From Amoebophrya sp. A120 (Eukaryota; Protista; Dinoflagellata): DNA of 64,000 nt. The stretch lies in NCBI GenBank assembly GCA_905178155.1, contig CAJINV010000012.1:62001-126000 (forward strand), written 5' to 3'. Each line of letters starts with the position of its first letter. The first letter of the stretch is position 1. The notes beneath the pieces were generated by a model, which was not told the DNA's origin, made no database searches, and worked only from the letters and a program-made list of their open reading frames with translations. Position numbers and translations under genes: made by a program. This document shows, in pieces, positions 1-13,400 of the stretch.

Positions 1-443
1 TTTTGCTTTTGGCACAACTGCGAAACCGAATGCAAAAGAAGTAGAAACAAGCAACAAGAAACAAGATCTACTATGCTTGAATGTTCACTACACACACAAA
101 GATACTTAAAAAGTACGACCAGACCTCCTTCGTGACATCACGTTCAACACACCGGAGAATTTTCTAGATCAAAATCTTTAAAAGTGAAAAAAAAGAGGAA
201 CATCACCCTCCCGGGTGCTCAAGTACTGAGCACGTTCAGCAGCGTGTGGTCCTCGACACTTCAACTTCTCCTTGCGTGAGGCGTCAAAGCTGAACACTTG
301 CGAGTGGTTATGGTTTAGTACTGTATAATGAGGTGCTCTGGACGAGGCATGAACTGAGCCCAACAAGAACAAGTGTTTCAGCTTTCGGCCTCGCATAGTA
401 CTTTCTCCTGCATATCAATTTTACATTTACACACAGCCACAGT

Positions 444-3400
444 TCACATCTTCGACTTGTGAAACAAAATTTTCCGTTCTTTCTCCCCAAGCGATGAAGT
501 GTAGTTTACACTATCCTTACTGTCCCTCAGTTTCTGCATGTCCCGTGCCTCCTTCTCCATCACCTTCAGAGCCTGCACTACCGTATTGAGAGGAAAAATC
601 CCCCCTCCCCATATTGAAAGCGCTTTCGTCTGAAAATTTGTGATGCAGATTTGAGGTCACAAATCCTGTCTGTCTTGCAAGAAGGCAAAGCCAGAGAGTC
701 CGCCGCATTATGCCGGCGGTTTGTGATGCTGTTGGGCTTACAGAGCCGACATCTGTCAATGTCATGCTAATCCCCTCATCAAAACCTCTCGACCCAGGCT
801 TGGCATATGCCTGCAGTCCTCTCCAGCAAGACAGACCTGATTTGTGTACGCAAATCCAGCATCAGAAACTTCGTTTCGATATGGGGAGGGGGGATTTTTC
901 CCTTTGATATACCGCCGGTCGCTGTTTAATTTTCTCGTACCACGCGTCTGCGTAAATCAGGCCGCAATCTTTCAAAGACCTATTCTGCTTTTCAAACCGC
1001 TTCCAGGGCTTGACCCAGGGCCACGCCGCCCTATTATCTATAGGAAAAATATTAAACTCCTGTCGATCTTCACTTGTGTAAGTAGCTGCTGTTTTTATTT
1101 GGTGGAGTGATAGCATATGCTGTTGAGTTCTTGTACATCATCTCTGCATTACAGAGCACATGCACAAAGCCTCTAGTGTACAAGTTAGTAGCACGGAACG
1201 ACGATGAAAACGTACACACATGAAGCCGAGAGGTGGACTTCGTGGTGGTCGTCTGGCATGACAAGTTGTGATAAACTTGTTTTAGTACATACTGGTCCTG
1301 CAACATCTTCACAGACTTACACTAATACAGAGTTCTTTTTTTCTTGCATACATATCCGCGATGGTATACTTGTCGCCGGCGAGAAAACCGGACGTCCTTA
1401 TGCACTGCAAAAGTATAATCGTACTCGTAGTGGTGGCGATAAATATGCGAAGACAAATCTCCTTCTCTAGGTAAATCCGCATGACAGGTTCCATTTGCTA
1501 TACTGAGGAAATTTGTCATGCGATGTATACGTAGGTGTAGCGCGATGCTTTTGCAGGGCATATTCCTCTCGACCCGCTTATCCAGAACGTGAAGCAATAT
1601 CGCAAGAAAAAAGTGTTACAGTTACGCATTGCGTTGCAACACCGGCAACACAGATAACCTTTCTCATGCAGGAAGTGCTTGCGAGCCTCGTTTCCTACGT
1701 ATTTTACCTTATGATCTTCGCATCACAAGTTATGCCTGCCACACAGGGAAAATTTGTGTTGCAGAAACTCCAACAAATGTGTAACTGTAGCACTTTTTTC
1801 TCGTGATAAGCAAGCGGGAATACTCAGTTGTACGCGCACGCGCAAGGCCGTATTCTGTAATATTACTGCAAGCCGCAGCAGCAGCAGCAGCACGAAGGCG
1901 GGATGGATCTGTTTCTTTTGCCTCGCATGTTGGCTGTTCATCCCCGCCATCAGTTGTCCTGGGCGGTGGAGCCGCGGTCAGCTATGAAGTGCAAAAGTAT
2001 TGCACTCGTATAAATGCATTACAAATTTCCTCAGCATGAGAAATAAAATTTGTAATGCAGTTTTTCCTTTTTAAGAGCAAGATTTGTAATGCATGTTTGC
2101 GATCACTACGAGTACGATACTTTTGCACAGAATATCAGCTGTGCTTGTACGATCTTTGGCGCGTAGTACAAGTAGTGTGAGACATATTGAAAGAAAAAAC
2201 TGCTTCACTGTAACTTTGTTGTAATGCAGGAAATGCATCGCCGAAGTGTTTGTCTTGCGACACATGCAAGACAAGTGATTTTTACCCGTGTTTTCCCTTA
2301 GCAGCAACCTCGCATGGCAAGTTTTCTTTGTCATGTGTAAGAGCGAACTTGTAATGCGAAACTTGCAAAATCCTTACAGCGAAGCAGTTTTTTCGTACGA
2401 TAAGACACTCCCCGCCACCGGCCCGAGGTTGCTGTTCACCCAGAACAGCCACTCCAAGATGTCTTTCTCGAACTTGTTGGGGAAAAATACTCGGCACTCC
2501 TTTCGGAACCACCGCTTTGCTAGCCAGTACATAATCGCCATCACTGTGAAAAAGCGCTTCTTCCCCCAAACCACACTTGTCAGGCGTATTGGTATTTGTA
2601 TAGTAATAGTGCGCAGACTGCGCTGTGTCATGCGCGTTTCTGCATGCTCTCGGGGACTTCCACTTTTCCATGTTTTAGGCAGGGTCAAAAGCTAGGTCTG
2701 TGATGCGACTGGGACTGGACTAGCTACCTCCCAGCGCCGGAACAAGACACTTCATGCGCAACAGCGAAGACTTTTTGGCCTGTGTAGCTGCAAAACTAAC
2801 TGCCATTTTCTAGTTGATTCTGGGTTCATCTTGCTGGGATGGACGTCGACGTCGTTTTCACACAGGATAATCGCACCTGACTCGAACAGGGTCTCTTGCA
2901 CTTCGAAGTTGGACGAACTAGATGCGCCATGGTCCTCAACATCATCGACTGTGTTGAGCTGTAAACTTCTTGTACTTCTATCGTGGTCAGCCTCAGCACT
3001 ACGAATTACCTCCACCGCAGGCATTTTCCCGTTCGGGCTGATTCTCAGGAAGTCCTCCCCATATTGCTCCCCCCGCGCTAAATCCACCGAAATATGGTGA
3101 AGAAAAATGATGTCCCCATCGTCCCAAAGTTTATTGTTGTCATGCAAATCCTCACCCCTAAAATGTAGTTTTTCATGCCGCAACCCCATGAGGAGCATTT
3201 TGTGATGCTGTAGTTCAGAAATCATTTGTCGTGCTCGAATCAGGATAAAACTGCGATCGGTTTGTGATGCGGCTGCACTAGCTAAATAGGACTACTTCTA
3301 CTTACTCTCCTACGGGCCTAAACTTGTCACACGCGACAGCCAAAGCTTGTGGATTTGTGTAGCAGATCACTCTTCATCTGGACGTATGGGGTGGGGACAT

Positions 3401-3540
3401 AATTTCTCTATAGGATACGGAATCACATCGAAATCGATGTTTGCCTCGAGCAGCAAAATTGCGACTTTCCAGCCGTTGGGTGTGGGGCTGTAGTGCAAAC
3501 GGACTCTGAGGTTTCGCGTGGAGGAGTTCATCTTGGACAT
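444..3540 (-). CDS. Glutathione S-transferase, YfcG/YghU/Ure2-like (Nu class), ~337 aa, 9 exons
   Basis: Exons 3540-3418,3087-2870,2533-2403,2179-2135,1977-1809,1592-1563,1393-1351,1029-910,578-444 (1014 nt, in frame). They give HYSPTPNGWKVAILL..VDLARGEQ..ISPNGKMPA..LFESGAIMYWLA..LEWLFWVNSNLGP..LHVLDKR..FLAGDKYTIADMAAWPWV..WYEKIKQRPAV, which are GST N- and C-domain motifs. Confidence 0.9.
584..909. mobile_element. Introner family A (TIR TAT..GAAAAATCCCCCCTCCCCATAT), GST intron
   Basis: ~30-nt TIRs; DR taccg at 579-583 and 910-914. Confidence 0.92.
1035..1350. mobile_element. Degenerate introner, GST intron
   Basis: TAT..ATA ends, weak TIR; DR cctat/catat; removal gives TIADMAAWPW. Confidence 0.75.
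1399..1562. mobile_element. Introner family C (TIR TATnnnnTGCAAAAGTATCG), GST intron
   Basis: TIRs; DR gtcct/ttcct. Confidence 0.87.
1598..1808. mobile_element. Introner family I, GST intron
   Basis: TIR tatcgcaagaaaaaagtgttacagttac / rc tatcacgagaaaaaagtgctacagttac; DR agcaa. Confidence 0.9.
1983..2134. mobile_element. Introner family C, GST intron
   Basis: TIRs; DR tcagc. Confidence 0.9.
2185..2402. mobile_element. Introner family I-like, GST intron
   Basis: TIR gaaaaaactgcttc(a/g)ctgtaa; DR agaca. Confidence 0.9.
2539..2869. mobile_element. Degenerate introner (B-like), GST intron
   Basis: DR atcgc; removal gives ESGAIMYWLA. Confidence 0.8.
3093..3417. mobile_element. Introner family B-like, GST intron
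   Basis: TIR ..aaa(t/a)t(g/t)atgtcccca; DR cgaaa/cggaa; removal gives VIPVDLARGEQ. Confidence 0.83.
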
Positions 3541-5668
3541 TATCAAATTTACATTAGCATGTTATATAAGGGTGGCCCCACACAGATGCCACGGACACAG
3601 ATGCCCAGATGACACAGATGCCGGATTTTTGACGTCTTGCAAAATCGACGACACAAATAACACAGATGCCGAGATGAGATGCGCGACGGCTCGGGCTGCG
3701 CGGGGGCGGTCGCGCGAGAATCCAAAAATTTTGGCGCGCCATACCGTCGCGCCTAATATTACCCCGCACGGTATGGCGGGCGCGTGATTTTTGCTCATTT
3801 TCGCGTCGGCTTCTTTTCGTTTATTTCTTGCATTTTTGCGGAGGGCGCTTTTGCACCTCAAGCGCGATGCTATTCCGCTTGATCAGGCGGAGGCCTCTGT
3901 CCCGAAAATGGCAAAACGTTACACCTCTAAACACGACTATACGCTGACTAGACTCTCACCGCGCCGCCGTGTTTGGCGGCAAGACAAATTTCGGATTGAG
4001 CGCAAGGCCCATTACAAATTGGCGACTTTTTTTTCTTGCGAAAGACGACGCTACTGCGGACCCACGGAGGGTCCAAATTCGTTCCTTTTTCGCAAGCGTA
4101 CCGGGGGGATTCGTGACACAAAAAAGCCTCTATTTTTCGGATATCAATGCGCCTATGGACGCAAAAGTCGCCATTTTTACACCTTCCCCCGGTAAGACGC
4201 TGCGTTTTTTGCGCACCTTTTGGCCGCCCACGCGGCCGACCCCGGTTCCAGCTTAGCAAGCCCTTCCCCCGATGCTACTGCCCCACTTTGGGGGGCGCCC
4301 CTTTGTTCCATCTCGATCCCCCGTAAGGTAATCCGCCGTCGCTTCCTTGCTTCGCAAATGGGAAGCGGGTTCGCCGGGCCCGGCTCACCCGAACGCAACG
4401 ATTGATTACTTACCACGCGGTTCTCACAGGACAACACTGGTGGTCCCCTCAATGAGCCATATAGAAGTCGCCTTGTTTACTTGAAAATGAAATTGAATCA
4501 AATGCGCATAACAGAAGAGGACATTTTTTTCTTTTGTACAACACTGCCGGCGCCGGGCTTCTACTTACTTCCCTTTTTTTGCACGAGAGGAGGACATGAT
4601 CACCTGCGGAAGCAGACTTCTTCATGTTCAACATCTCCCCTCGCCCTCCTCGCTGTTGGAAAGATATTGGAGAAAACACTCAGTTGCTGGAGGAGAAAAA
4701 TTTTCTCTTCTGACGACCCCGGAGGCCGGCGCTTCAAATCATTCCATTCGCAAAAATTTCTAGCGAAAAATATATACGAAATATTTTCGCGCACGTCTGT
4801 TTTTGGTTGGTGCTGTGTCAATTGGACTACTATGTGCAATGGGAGTGGTTCTCGTCGGTCCTCGTGATGCAGAGAGAAGCAAAATACAAATACATGATGA
4901 GTGAAGCTTATGCACTTTTTATGTCTTTCTAGAGCTGCGGCTGGTCGCTGCCACTTTTATGCCTTCTGAAGTCGTTCTTCAAGAAGCGAAGGAGCCAACG
5001 ATCATCTTCAATTTGGTTGCAACAATACCAATCGGTTGGATATGGAATGTGGTACTACTACTACACATCCATGTGTCAAAATAAACTCGACGTCAAAATA
5101 AGATGGGAAAACCTGCATGGATAGATGCGATGCGAATTGTGAGGAGGAATACAATCGAGATCGACATGACGTGAAAGAATTTTTTACATACTAGTTGTAA
5201 ATGTTGAAAATGTGGCTCCGTGCTGCAGCTCGCTGCAACTACCCGCACGCTTGATGGAAAACTAAAATTGATCTAGATTATATAAGCAAACCCATCGGGC
5301 TTCTTGTTGTACTCAAGAGCCTGTTAGTACTCTATTTTCGCCACACTATGACTTTACTTGCTTTTAATCTGCTGCAGCACCACTAGGTGCGTATGAATTG
5401 GGGAAATCTTAATTTCATTGGAAATGACCTTCATGAAAATAGGGTACAGTTGCACATGAAAATTAGAGTATAGTCGACGTGCTGAGAAAGAGAAACGTGC
5501 GGCCACCTAGAAAATGTACTTACGTAAAATAAATAGTGGTAGAGGAAGGTCTACTTCCCGCTATGCTGGTCAATAAAACGATATTATTTGTAGTGGAATA
5601 CTATTTTTTAAGTACTTCTACGTACAACCACAACAGATGTCGTCATTTACATCATTTTCGTCCTCCTC

Positions 5669-8600
5669 TCAGTTCAAGACAATCGCGCGCTGCTCCCCCT
5701 CACCGGTGATGGCGGCCAGCGCTTCCTCGTTAGCCAGCGTGTCCTATGAGAGTGGACAACTTCCCCCCCCTCATTTGTATGGCATCTACAGCATTACGAA
5801 CACCAGTACAGTTGGACACTGTGTATGACAAGTTAAAAAACGCCGATTGTAGTACTGTTTGAATTTCCGGAATTTGTCATGCACGCGGTGCCACAAGGTA
5901 GCAACTGGATTTGGGTTTTTGCATGACAAATGAGGGAGAGGGGGAGTTGTGCACTGTCATATGTCCGCAATCGCCTGAGCCAGCCGGTCGGCGACGGTCG
6001 CGGGCGATGGCGGTGCTGGTGCAACTCCAGCTCCTGCACTGGGTCGTGCAAGAACATCTTCAACCTGCCCAGCCGCAGCCGGCAATCCAACGACGCGGTT
6101 GTCATCATCGTCACTCATCCCAAAAACAGCAGCCTCGGGGACTGAGCGAACCATGTCCGGGGTGGTGATCAACATGGGACCACTTCTGGCCATGTTGATC
6201 ATCTCCTGCTGCTGGTTGTGGTCGTGCTGAGTAGATGAAGAACTACCACCAGCACCTCCCAAGAACGGGGCAGCTGCTCCTGCAGGCTGACCCGCCGGTT
6301 GTTCGAAGCCCAGCTGATGAAGTTGAAACATGGAGGCCGCGGGGGGTGTATCCTGTGCAAAACTATCGCATTCGTAGTAATTGCATTCATGCATTACAAA
6401 TTTCTTTCTCAAGGTGAATCAGCATTACAAATTCAATTTCTAATGCTGGGCTAGTTTGTAATGCAATTTATAGTAGTACGATGATTTTGCATTGCATAGG
6501 GTGTAATGGGCGGCAAAAATGTGCTGGTCAACATCAATCCCACGCGCATCGGGTCCGTCCCCGTTCTAGCGTCGAACAGCAGGGGCAGTAAGCCCTGTTG
6601 CTTTCGTATGCATTGCAAACATGGCTGGGTGTTCACTGGACGACAAAACGCAACACAAACGCGTTTTTCTGCATCATCAAGCAAAAGATCGCACTACTTT
6701 TCATCTTCGTGTTGGTCATGCTAGTAGTACAACACAGATTTTACAGATATTACGCAAGACCAAAAGCAAGAATACGCGCTTCAATCTAAAAATCTTCCAG
6801 AAGATGACAACCCAGATCGATTATATTTGCAGTGCATATTCAAGTGGTCCACGCTAATCAACCCATTTCGGGCGAACCCGAGCAGTTGGCCCCGGGTCAG
6901 GTTCCGCTTTAAGTCGAATTTCAGGCCGAAGGGAAACATGTATGGGGGTAGGGTGAGCAAGTCGCTTTCCGCCGTGTTATTAGGGTCCAAAATTTCGTGA
7001 CTTCTCACAATCCGGAAATCAACGCGCCAGTTTTTCAGACTATCGTTGTTGAAGTCGGTACCCATCAGCATCTGGTCGAAGTTCCTCACTCTCGACACGT
7101 CAAAATGCGCGAGATTTTCGTCGAAGCCTGTGCACCGCGAAAACATGCCCTCCATAGACCGCACTTGGGTCGTTTTCCAGTCAGAGAGGGAAAAACTTGT
7201 GTCTTTAAACAAATAGTCCCAAACCTATCCACAAAAAAAAAGAGCCATCCCCATACATTTTTTGCATGACAAACACTGTGACTTTCTGCATGTTTTGCAT
7301 GAGACAAATTGGATTTGGGGATGGGTTTCTTTTTGTGGATAAGACCTTCGTGGTTTGCCGGATCCGTCTTGCGTGGGTCCGGATGACGTGGTTCTCGAAC
7401 TCTCGTCGCGTTGCCTCCGGCAGGTCGGCGAACTGCGCTGGTGATCCATCCGCGTTTTGCAAATTCAGGTGTTGAAGAAATCTTTCCGTTTCCAAGTGAA
7501 ACACCTTGTCCATCTCAAATTGCTCGGCGTGCGGCTGGTAGAACTGGCAAAACTCGCCGAACAGGTTCGAAAGGTCTCCATCGTTCACCTGAGAGACATC
7601 CCAGGTTTGCGGTGCCCCATATTGCTCCTCGATGTACGCTCGATTTCCGCTGTTTTCCTCGTAGTTGGTATGGAGCTGTCAGAATCTTGAAATCGACAAA
7701 GTAAAAGAAATAATTTGTTGTAAGTATGTAATGCATGAAATGCGACGCAGAGGGTGCCTCTATTGCAGGGGACGCAAGGGAGACAGATGTATAATCCTGG
7801 TACGGGTCGCCAAGAGTTGGCGTTGGGCTGCTAACTAGCATGACAGAAGGGACGACGAGCTCTTTTTCCCTAAACCGCATGACAGGTTCGCGCCCAGGAG
7901 GGGGAAAAATTTGTCACGTGCCGACTCCAGATGACTGTGGGTCTAAAACTATCAAACTGGCATCGATTTTAGTGTGTGCGACAAACTCTTTCAACTTTGT
8001 CAATTTCGATCCTGAAGACACTCCCATACTTGATCTGGCGGAAGTAATACGTGATCGCGCGGAGCAGCACCGTTTTGTCTTTCGGGAAGGGCTTGTTTGG
8101 GAGCTTCACGTGCTTATCAGATCTTTCCCACTCGAAGTTTCGGTTTTTCTTGCCCGTAGACGACGACGACGAGGACGAGAAGAGGCTCGTTTTAGCGAGA
8201 TTTTTCCGGCTCCGGTAGTCCAGGCCCCGGAGGATAGCAGCCTGGGCGGGTTCTGGAAGGGAATCCAGATGTTCCACTTGCGGTTGTTGTACTCTTTCAA
8301 GATCTTCCGGGTGCACGTGCAGGGGAGAAGAAGTACTTCTAGAACATGGAACTCCTCCTGCTCTACTACTGCGAGAAAATGACGTTGAACCCTTTTTCAA
8401 GATGCTCTTCACGCTCCCCGCTGCTGGCGCTGCGCTACTACTACCCACTTGTAGCTGTCCACCTGCAGTAGCAGAAGTTGTCGTATTTCCGTCCAGCATC
8501 CACGCTTCCTCGTCGCTGCTCGCTTCCTCGGCGATCGTGGGTAAAACGGGGGCCGCCCTTGGCGTGCGAATCTTTCCTCGAAAACCAAGATTATTCTTGG

Positions 8601-9081
8601 AGCTAGTGATGGTGCGAGAAGAGGAAGAGGATGACAGAGGTGGCGGTCCAACTCGGGAGGACGAGAACGAGGAGCGACTACCACGGCTGCTCGTACTCTG
8701 GTAAGAGGACGAAGAAGACGATGATGAAGCAGCTCCTGCGCATCCTCGCTGCTCTCTCCTGCTGGTGGTACTGCAGCTTTCATCTCTATTCGCCGTGGTC
8801 AACAAAGTTGGCGCTCGTCCTGCAAGGCCACCTGTGAAATTGCCCCTGCTCTCAGGAACGACACCGCTGAACGAAGAGGCAGATGATGCGGCATTTCGAT
8901 TTCCGTGGTTACAACTCGCGTAGACCTGCTGTTTGCGATGCTTGTTCTTCTCGGAGGAGTCAACTACCGGTGATGTGGATATCGCACAACAGCTACTCGG
9001 TCCCGGGCCAGCCAGCACGCTGGAGACGGCGACGACGGACAGAAAGAAACCGAGTTGTGCATTGGAAGAAGGAGGAGCCAT
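5669..9081 (-). CDS. DUF285 (BspA-like surface repeat) protein with N-terminal hydrophobic signal and Ser-rich region, ~770 aa, 6 exons
   Basis: Exons 9081-8029,7663-7342,7220-6839,6601-6499,6343-5962,5739-5669 are in frame. YGAPQTWDVSQV..LSNLF and LSDWKTTQVRSMEGMF..FDENLAHFDVSRVRNFDQML..FNNDSLKNW match the 26-aa DUF285 repeat pattern. Confidence 0.75.
5745..5961. mobile_element. Introner family G (TIR TATGAnAGTGnACAACTnCCCCC)
   Basis: TIRs; DR tgtcc. Confidence 0.88.
6349..6498. mobile_element. Introner family C
   Basis: TIRs; DR gggtg. Confidence 0.9.
6607..6838. mobile_element. Degenerate introner family D
   Basis: TIR tatgca(t/c)tgcaaa..ctgggt; DR degenerate (tttcg/ttcaa); frame restored. 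Confidence 0.7.
7226..7341. mobile_element. Short introner (116 bp)
   Basis: TIR tatccacaaaaa..ccatcccca; DR aaacc/agacc. Confidence 0.87.
7669..8028. mobile_element. Introner family E (TIR TATGGGAGTGTCAGGATCGAAATCGACAAAGT)
   Basis: TIRs; DR gttgg/cttga; frame restored. Confidence 0.82.
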
Positions 9082-10482
9082 GGTGGATTTATTTCGACGA
9101 GATGAAACTTCAGCAACTGTGTAGTAGAGAAAAAAATTATAGGTGATTTGAATTTCCTAAACAATTTGTTGCGTGCAGCAAATTCTTGTTATGACTATGT
9201 TGAGGTGCAGCTTCTAGTTCTAGATAATCAAGGTTGCTTTACTTCAAATTCCTGAGCAATTTTATGCAATTTCCTGGTTGCAGAAAAAATTTAGTTTTCG
9301 CTAACACGATGACGTTGAATTGGCGACAGCCGGAGAATCAAAGTAACGAACTAGGTGGCACGACACACTTAGTGATAGTGGTCACAAACGAACCGATCTT
9401 CGAAATGAGAACGAGTTGTATAATGAATGCGTATAATGCGACTACAATACTTAGGGTAATAAACGCTCCAAACTGCTGCACGAGCTAGCAAGTGGACCAC
9501 CACCACTGTAGTGCGGCACGATATAATAATTTATTACGATTTCCTGTGGGTGAGGGAAACCAGTGATGATTTTTTTTTCAAACCATTGAGGATCTGTTGG
9601 ATCTACTGATCGATTTTAGATTTTTGTTTCGATCCATCGTCCACGATCTTTCGCATCTAGGGATCGATTTTTTGTGTCGACCTTCCATGATCTGCTACAA
9701 GTACTTTTACGGATCGATCTTTAACGCTGAAGATCTTGATCATGATGTTGACCTTCCTTCCATCGCCTATTATTTTCATCATTTCCACCATTTGGGACGA
9801 GAATAAATGCTGTCAGGTCAAAGAAAAAAACCGCGAGAACAACTCGGCCCTTACATTGATCACCATCGCTAATCCATTTTCATTTTTTTTTCCAGGGCCC
9901 ATTCATGATATAATATCATCTGATTTGTCTTTTCAAAACATGATGGTAAACGTCCTCAGCATACTTTCTCTTCCTCAAATTTTACGGGCGAAAATTTCTG
10001 AAAGCTATAGTACCGCCAGCGATGCAATATCGTACAAGCTTGTAAAAAAAGCAAATTGAAATTCAAATTCTGTTCATCCTACACATATAAAGCTAGATAT
10101 TCGGCGCGGCCAGGTACGGCTTAACGTATAGTACATTCTACAAAGTTACTTGCTAGTTTGCTGCCCTCTTCTTTTTCCGGGCCATGTCAGAACTGATACG
10201 GTCCTATCCTTGTCCATCAAGCTTGAACTATCTATGCTTATTTCTGTGATAATACTACTTATTTGGAAACAGACATCAAATGCTAGAAACTGGTATAAGA
10301 ATTTTCTTAGTGCAGGAAGAGAGAATGAGAAGAGCAAAGAGAAGAAAGTCACACACAACGTCAACCCCTTAGCTCATGTTCGAGGGCGGGAGCTGCCTTT
10401 ATGCAGCACAGCTTTTAGTTTTATCCATAACACCCCATCGAAGAAATAACTCACATCAGCTAGCCCGAAATACAAATACTCA

Positions 10483-13400
10483 TCATCGCGGCGCTCTGCT
10501 TTCTTTCTTGCGGGCACGCCTGACCTTTTTCACCGCCAGGTGCCTGATCAGTTTTCGTTTTGCCTGCTCTTCCTCCTCATGTTTCTTCTTCACCGCTAAT
10601 GTGTCTGAGTCGTTATCAAGTCCGGCGGCTGGGCGCGATGGAGCATCACTGGCAATGGACACGACATGTCGATCTGAAACGTTGTCCCGAGCGTGGTCAT
10701 TTGCGACCCGTTTTTGAACGGGAGGATCTGCTGCTGCTGGAGTAGAAGTAATATTCGCGTCTACTTGTCCCGTATCTGATTGAGCAGTCTTGCAAAAGCG
10801 TCTCTTTCTCCTGGCCGGCGGCGGCGTGACATCGGCGTCCAGCTGACGAGGAGTGGGGCGTCGTACTCCCACCCTCCCCCTCGCAAGCATATTAATCGGG
10901 GTCACAGTTTTCTTTGCCCTTGGCGGCGCAGAACTTGAACTCTTCTTTCTGCGACGAGAAATAGCGTTGATCTTTTTCTCCTTGTTGAAGCCTTTTTTTC
11001 CCTTGGTGTCAATAATACGAATATCTTCAGTTTTCTCATCAAGTCGGCGCGGCAGTTGTTTTCGTGGGCTTCTCTGTTGAGCAGGTCTGGTGACCAGCTG
11101 CGCGACACGCTTGGATTTGCAGCTTGTTTTTGCGGCTCGTCTTGCTGCTCCTTGTCCACCATCTCCCGCGGCCGTGTGAGTTGCAAGAAAGCGAAGAACC
11201 TGTGCTAAGCCTGACGGACTTACGGACGACGTGCCGTTGCCTGGAGATGGATGCCAGTTAAACACATTTTCCGCTAGCCGTTTCAACCGTGCCGCTGCAT
11301 CTTCATTCTTCCGCGTGGTCTCTACCCCTGCAGCGCCAGCGGTTGCGGCCCCGAACAAAGCTTCCAGCAGCAACCTCATTTTCCGGCGGCCTTTGATCTC
11401 GTCGGACAAGACAACGGGCGAAGATGATGTCGTCTGCCCCCTGGTGGTGTTGCCATCAAACCCTGTAGCAGCTGTTGTTTCATCATCATCACTCCTTCCG
11501 CGTCGAGACCCGCCCATGTTGGAAGTAGCAGCGTCCTCCTCCTCGATGTCAACGAGATGACCCAACTCTTTGTAAAAGTCTTTTGCCAGCTGCAGTGCCG
11601 CCGTTGAGGGGGCCTCATGTTGATAAATCACCGCGCTCTGAATCTGGAACTGCGGGTATTACAATGAAGAATGCCCCCACCCCCCAATGTGCAAAAGTTT
11701 GTCATGCAAAGTTTCCAAATGAAAGCTTTTTGTGTTTGTCTTGCATGAAAGGATTGCGAGCCTTTCTGATGCAGAATCTAGGTGCGCAATGTGCCTTGTG
11801 CGTAACAGATCCGGCTGCTGTTGGGCCCCTTCGCAACACAAATTCGAGCTATTCAGCATGGAAAATTTGTGATGCTAAGATATGCAAGAAGGGAAATTTT
11901 TCTATTGGAAAGGTTTGCAATACAAATGCTGCCAAGTGTGGGGTGGGGGCACTTTTCACTGTAATAGCGGGCGCACTTGCTGCAAGCGGCGGATGAAATG
12001 GTCATTGTGGGATCCTTATGAAATGCAAAAGCATCGTACTAGTATAAATCGCATGACAAACTTCCTCAGCATGAGAAATAAAATTTGTATTACGGATTTA
12101 ACTTGAGAAAGAAATTTGTAATGCATAACTGCGATTACTACGAGTACGATACTTTTGCACAGGATAATCCTCCCATAATGAAGACTTTCGGCAGTTGTAG
12201 CTTTTTGCGCGTCGACGGCCCGGACGAAGACACCGACACAGGGGATGTTGACGATGAGGAGGTTTTTAATACTTGTGGATTTATTCTACTTCCCAGCACA
12301 CGACTGTCCTCGTCCTCGTGCCCCTTCACTGACTGGTCGTTCTCCCACTTTTTCACCAAGCGTCGGATCCAGACCAGATTACGGACGGTCACCAAATGTG
12401 GCAACGTCTCGCTGTGAAACAGGGCAGGGTTAGCATCAAATGCTGCTCGTGCCGGCGGGGAGTTACGCAACTGGTTCTCCAAAGCCAGTTCGGGGTCGTG
12501 GACGTGCTCGTCCACCGCGACCTGGGCGTCCACCTGCTCCACCATCGTCTGGTGCTTATTCTCACCGGCGACTGTGCCTTCCAAACCTTTTTGTTTTTCC
12601 CCAGCAGTGTTGACAGGCTCCTCAGAAGTTGGGCCTAACATCTTCTCGGCATTTTTAGGTTCGTCCTTCTGCTCTATCCTTGTCCGATGTTCAAATGGTG
12701 ACTCCTTCCACTTCCCCGGCGCGGGGCCCCATGGTGTCGCCTGTCCAGCACGGATGTAGTGGCGGACATCGAAGCTCTATGGGGGTGCCAGGCTGGTCGA
12801 AGTTCGCAAAATGCATACGTAAATCACTTACATTTCGTACATAATATATGATGTGCACAAAGTGCGAGCTGCGCGAGGTATACTCTCCTGCCTTGCAGGG
12901 AAGGGAAAAATGACAGACCGCCAGCTTGGTCAGTCAACAAGGTCAACATGGGATAAACGGCTGGCGAAGAGGACAATGGCAGGAGCTGCGTCCGTCTTTG
13001 CGCTAAACCGCACGGAAAATCAATGTCCGGACGTTGCCAACCTTTGATGTCATGCGGTGCTTCGAAATTGGGATCCCAAGAAGAGCTGGTACGTATTTTT
13101 AAACGTACGCGCCGAGGATTGATTTTGATTTTCATTTTTACATTTTCTGAGTGACTACACATTTACTCGACGATATCCACCCCTGATACCTTCATAAGTT
13201 CATTTGGTTTTCCAGAAATTTCATCTCGAGCAGTTCCTGCTCTTCCATGCGCAATCCTGCTCCCGTCCGCTCGTCGCTTCTGCTGCCCCACATCCTCGGA
13301 AAGAAGTCAACAACCTTTTTGTACATATTCGCTGCACAGGTGGCTCGGATGACGTCCACTGCTATTCGTAACAGCTCTTGCCGAACAGGCAGCTCTTCCG

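Noticed and set aside
3541-3560. tatcaaattt next to the GST ATG as a further introner end
   Set aside because: No matching opposite TIR or DR found upstream.
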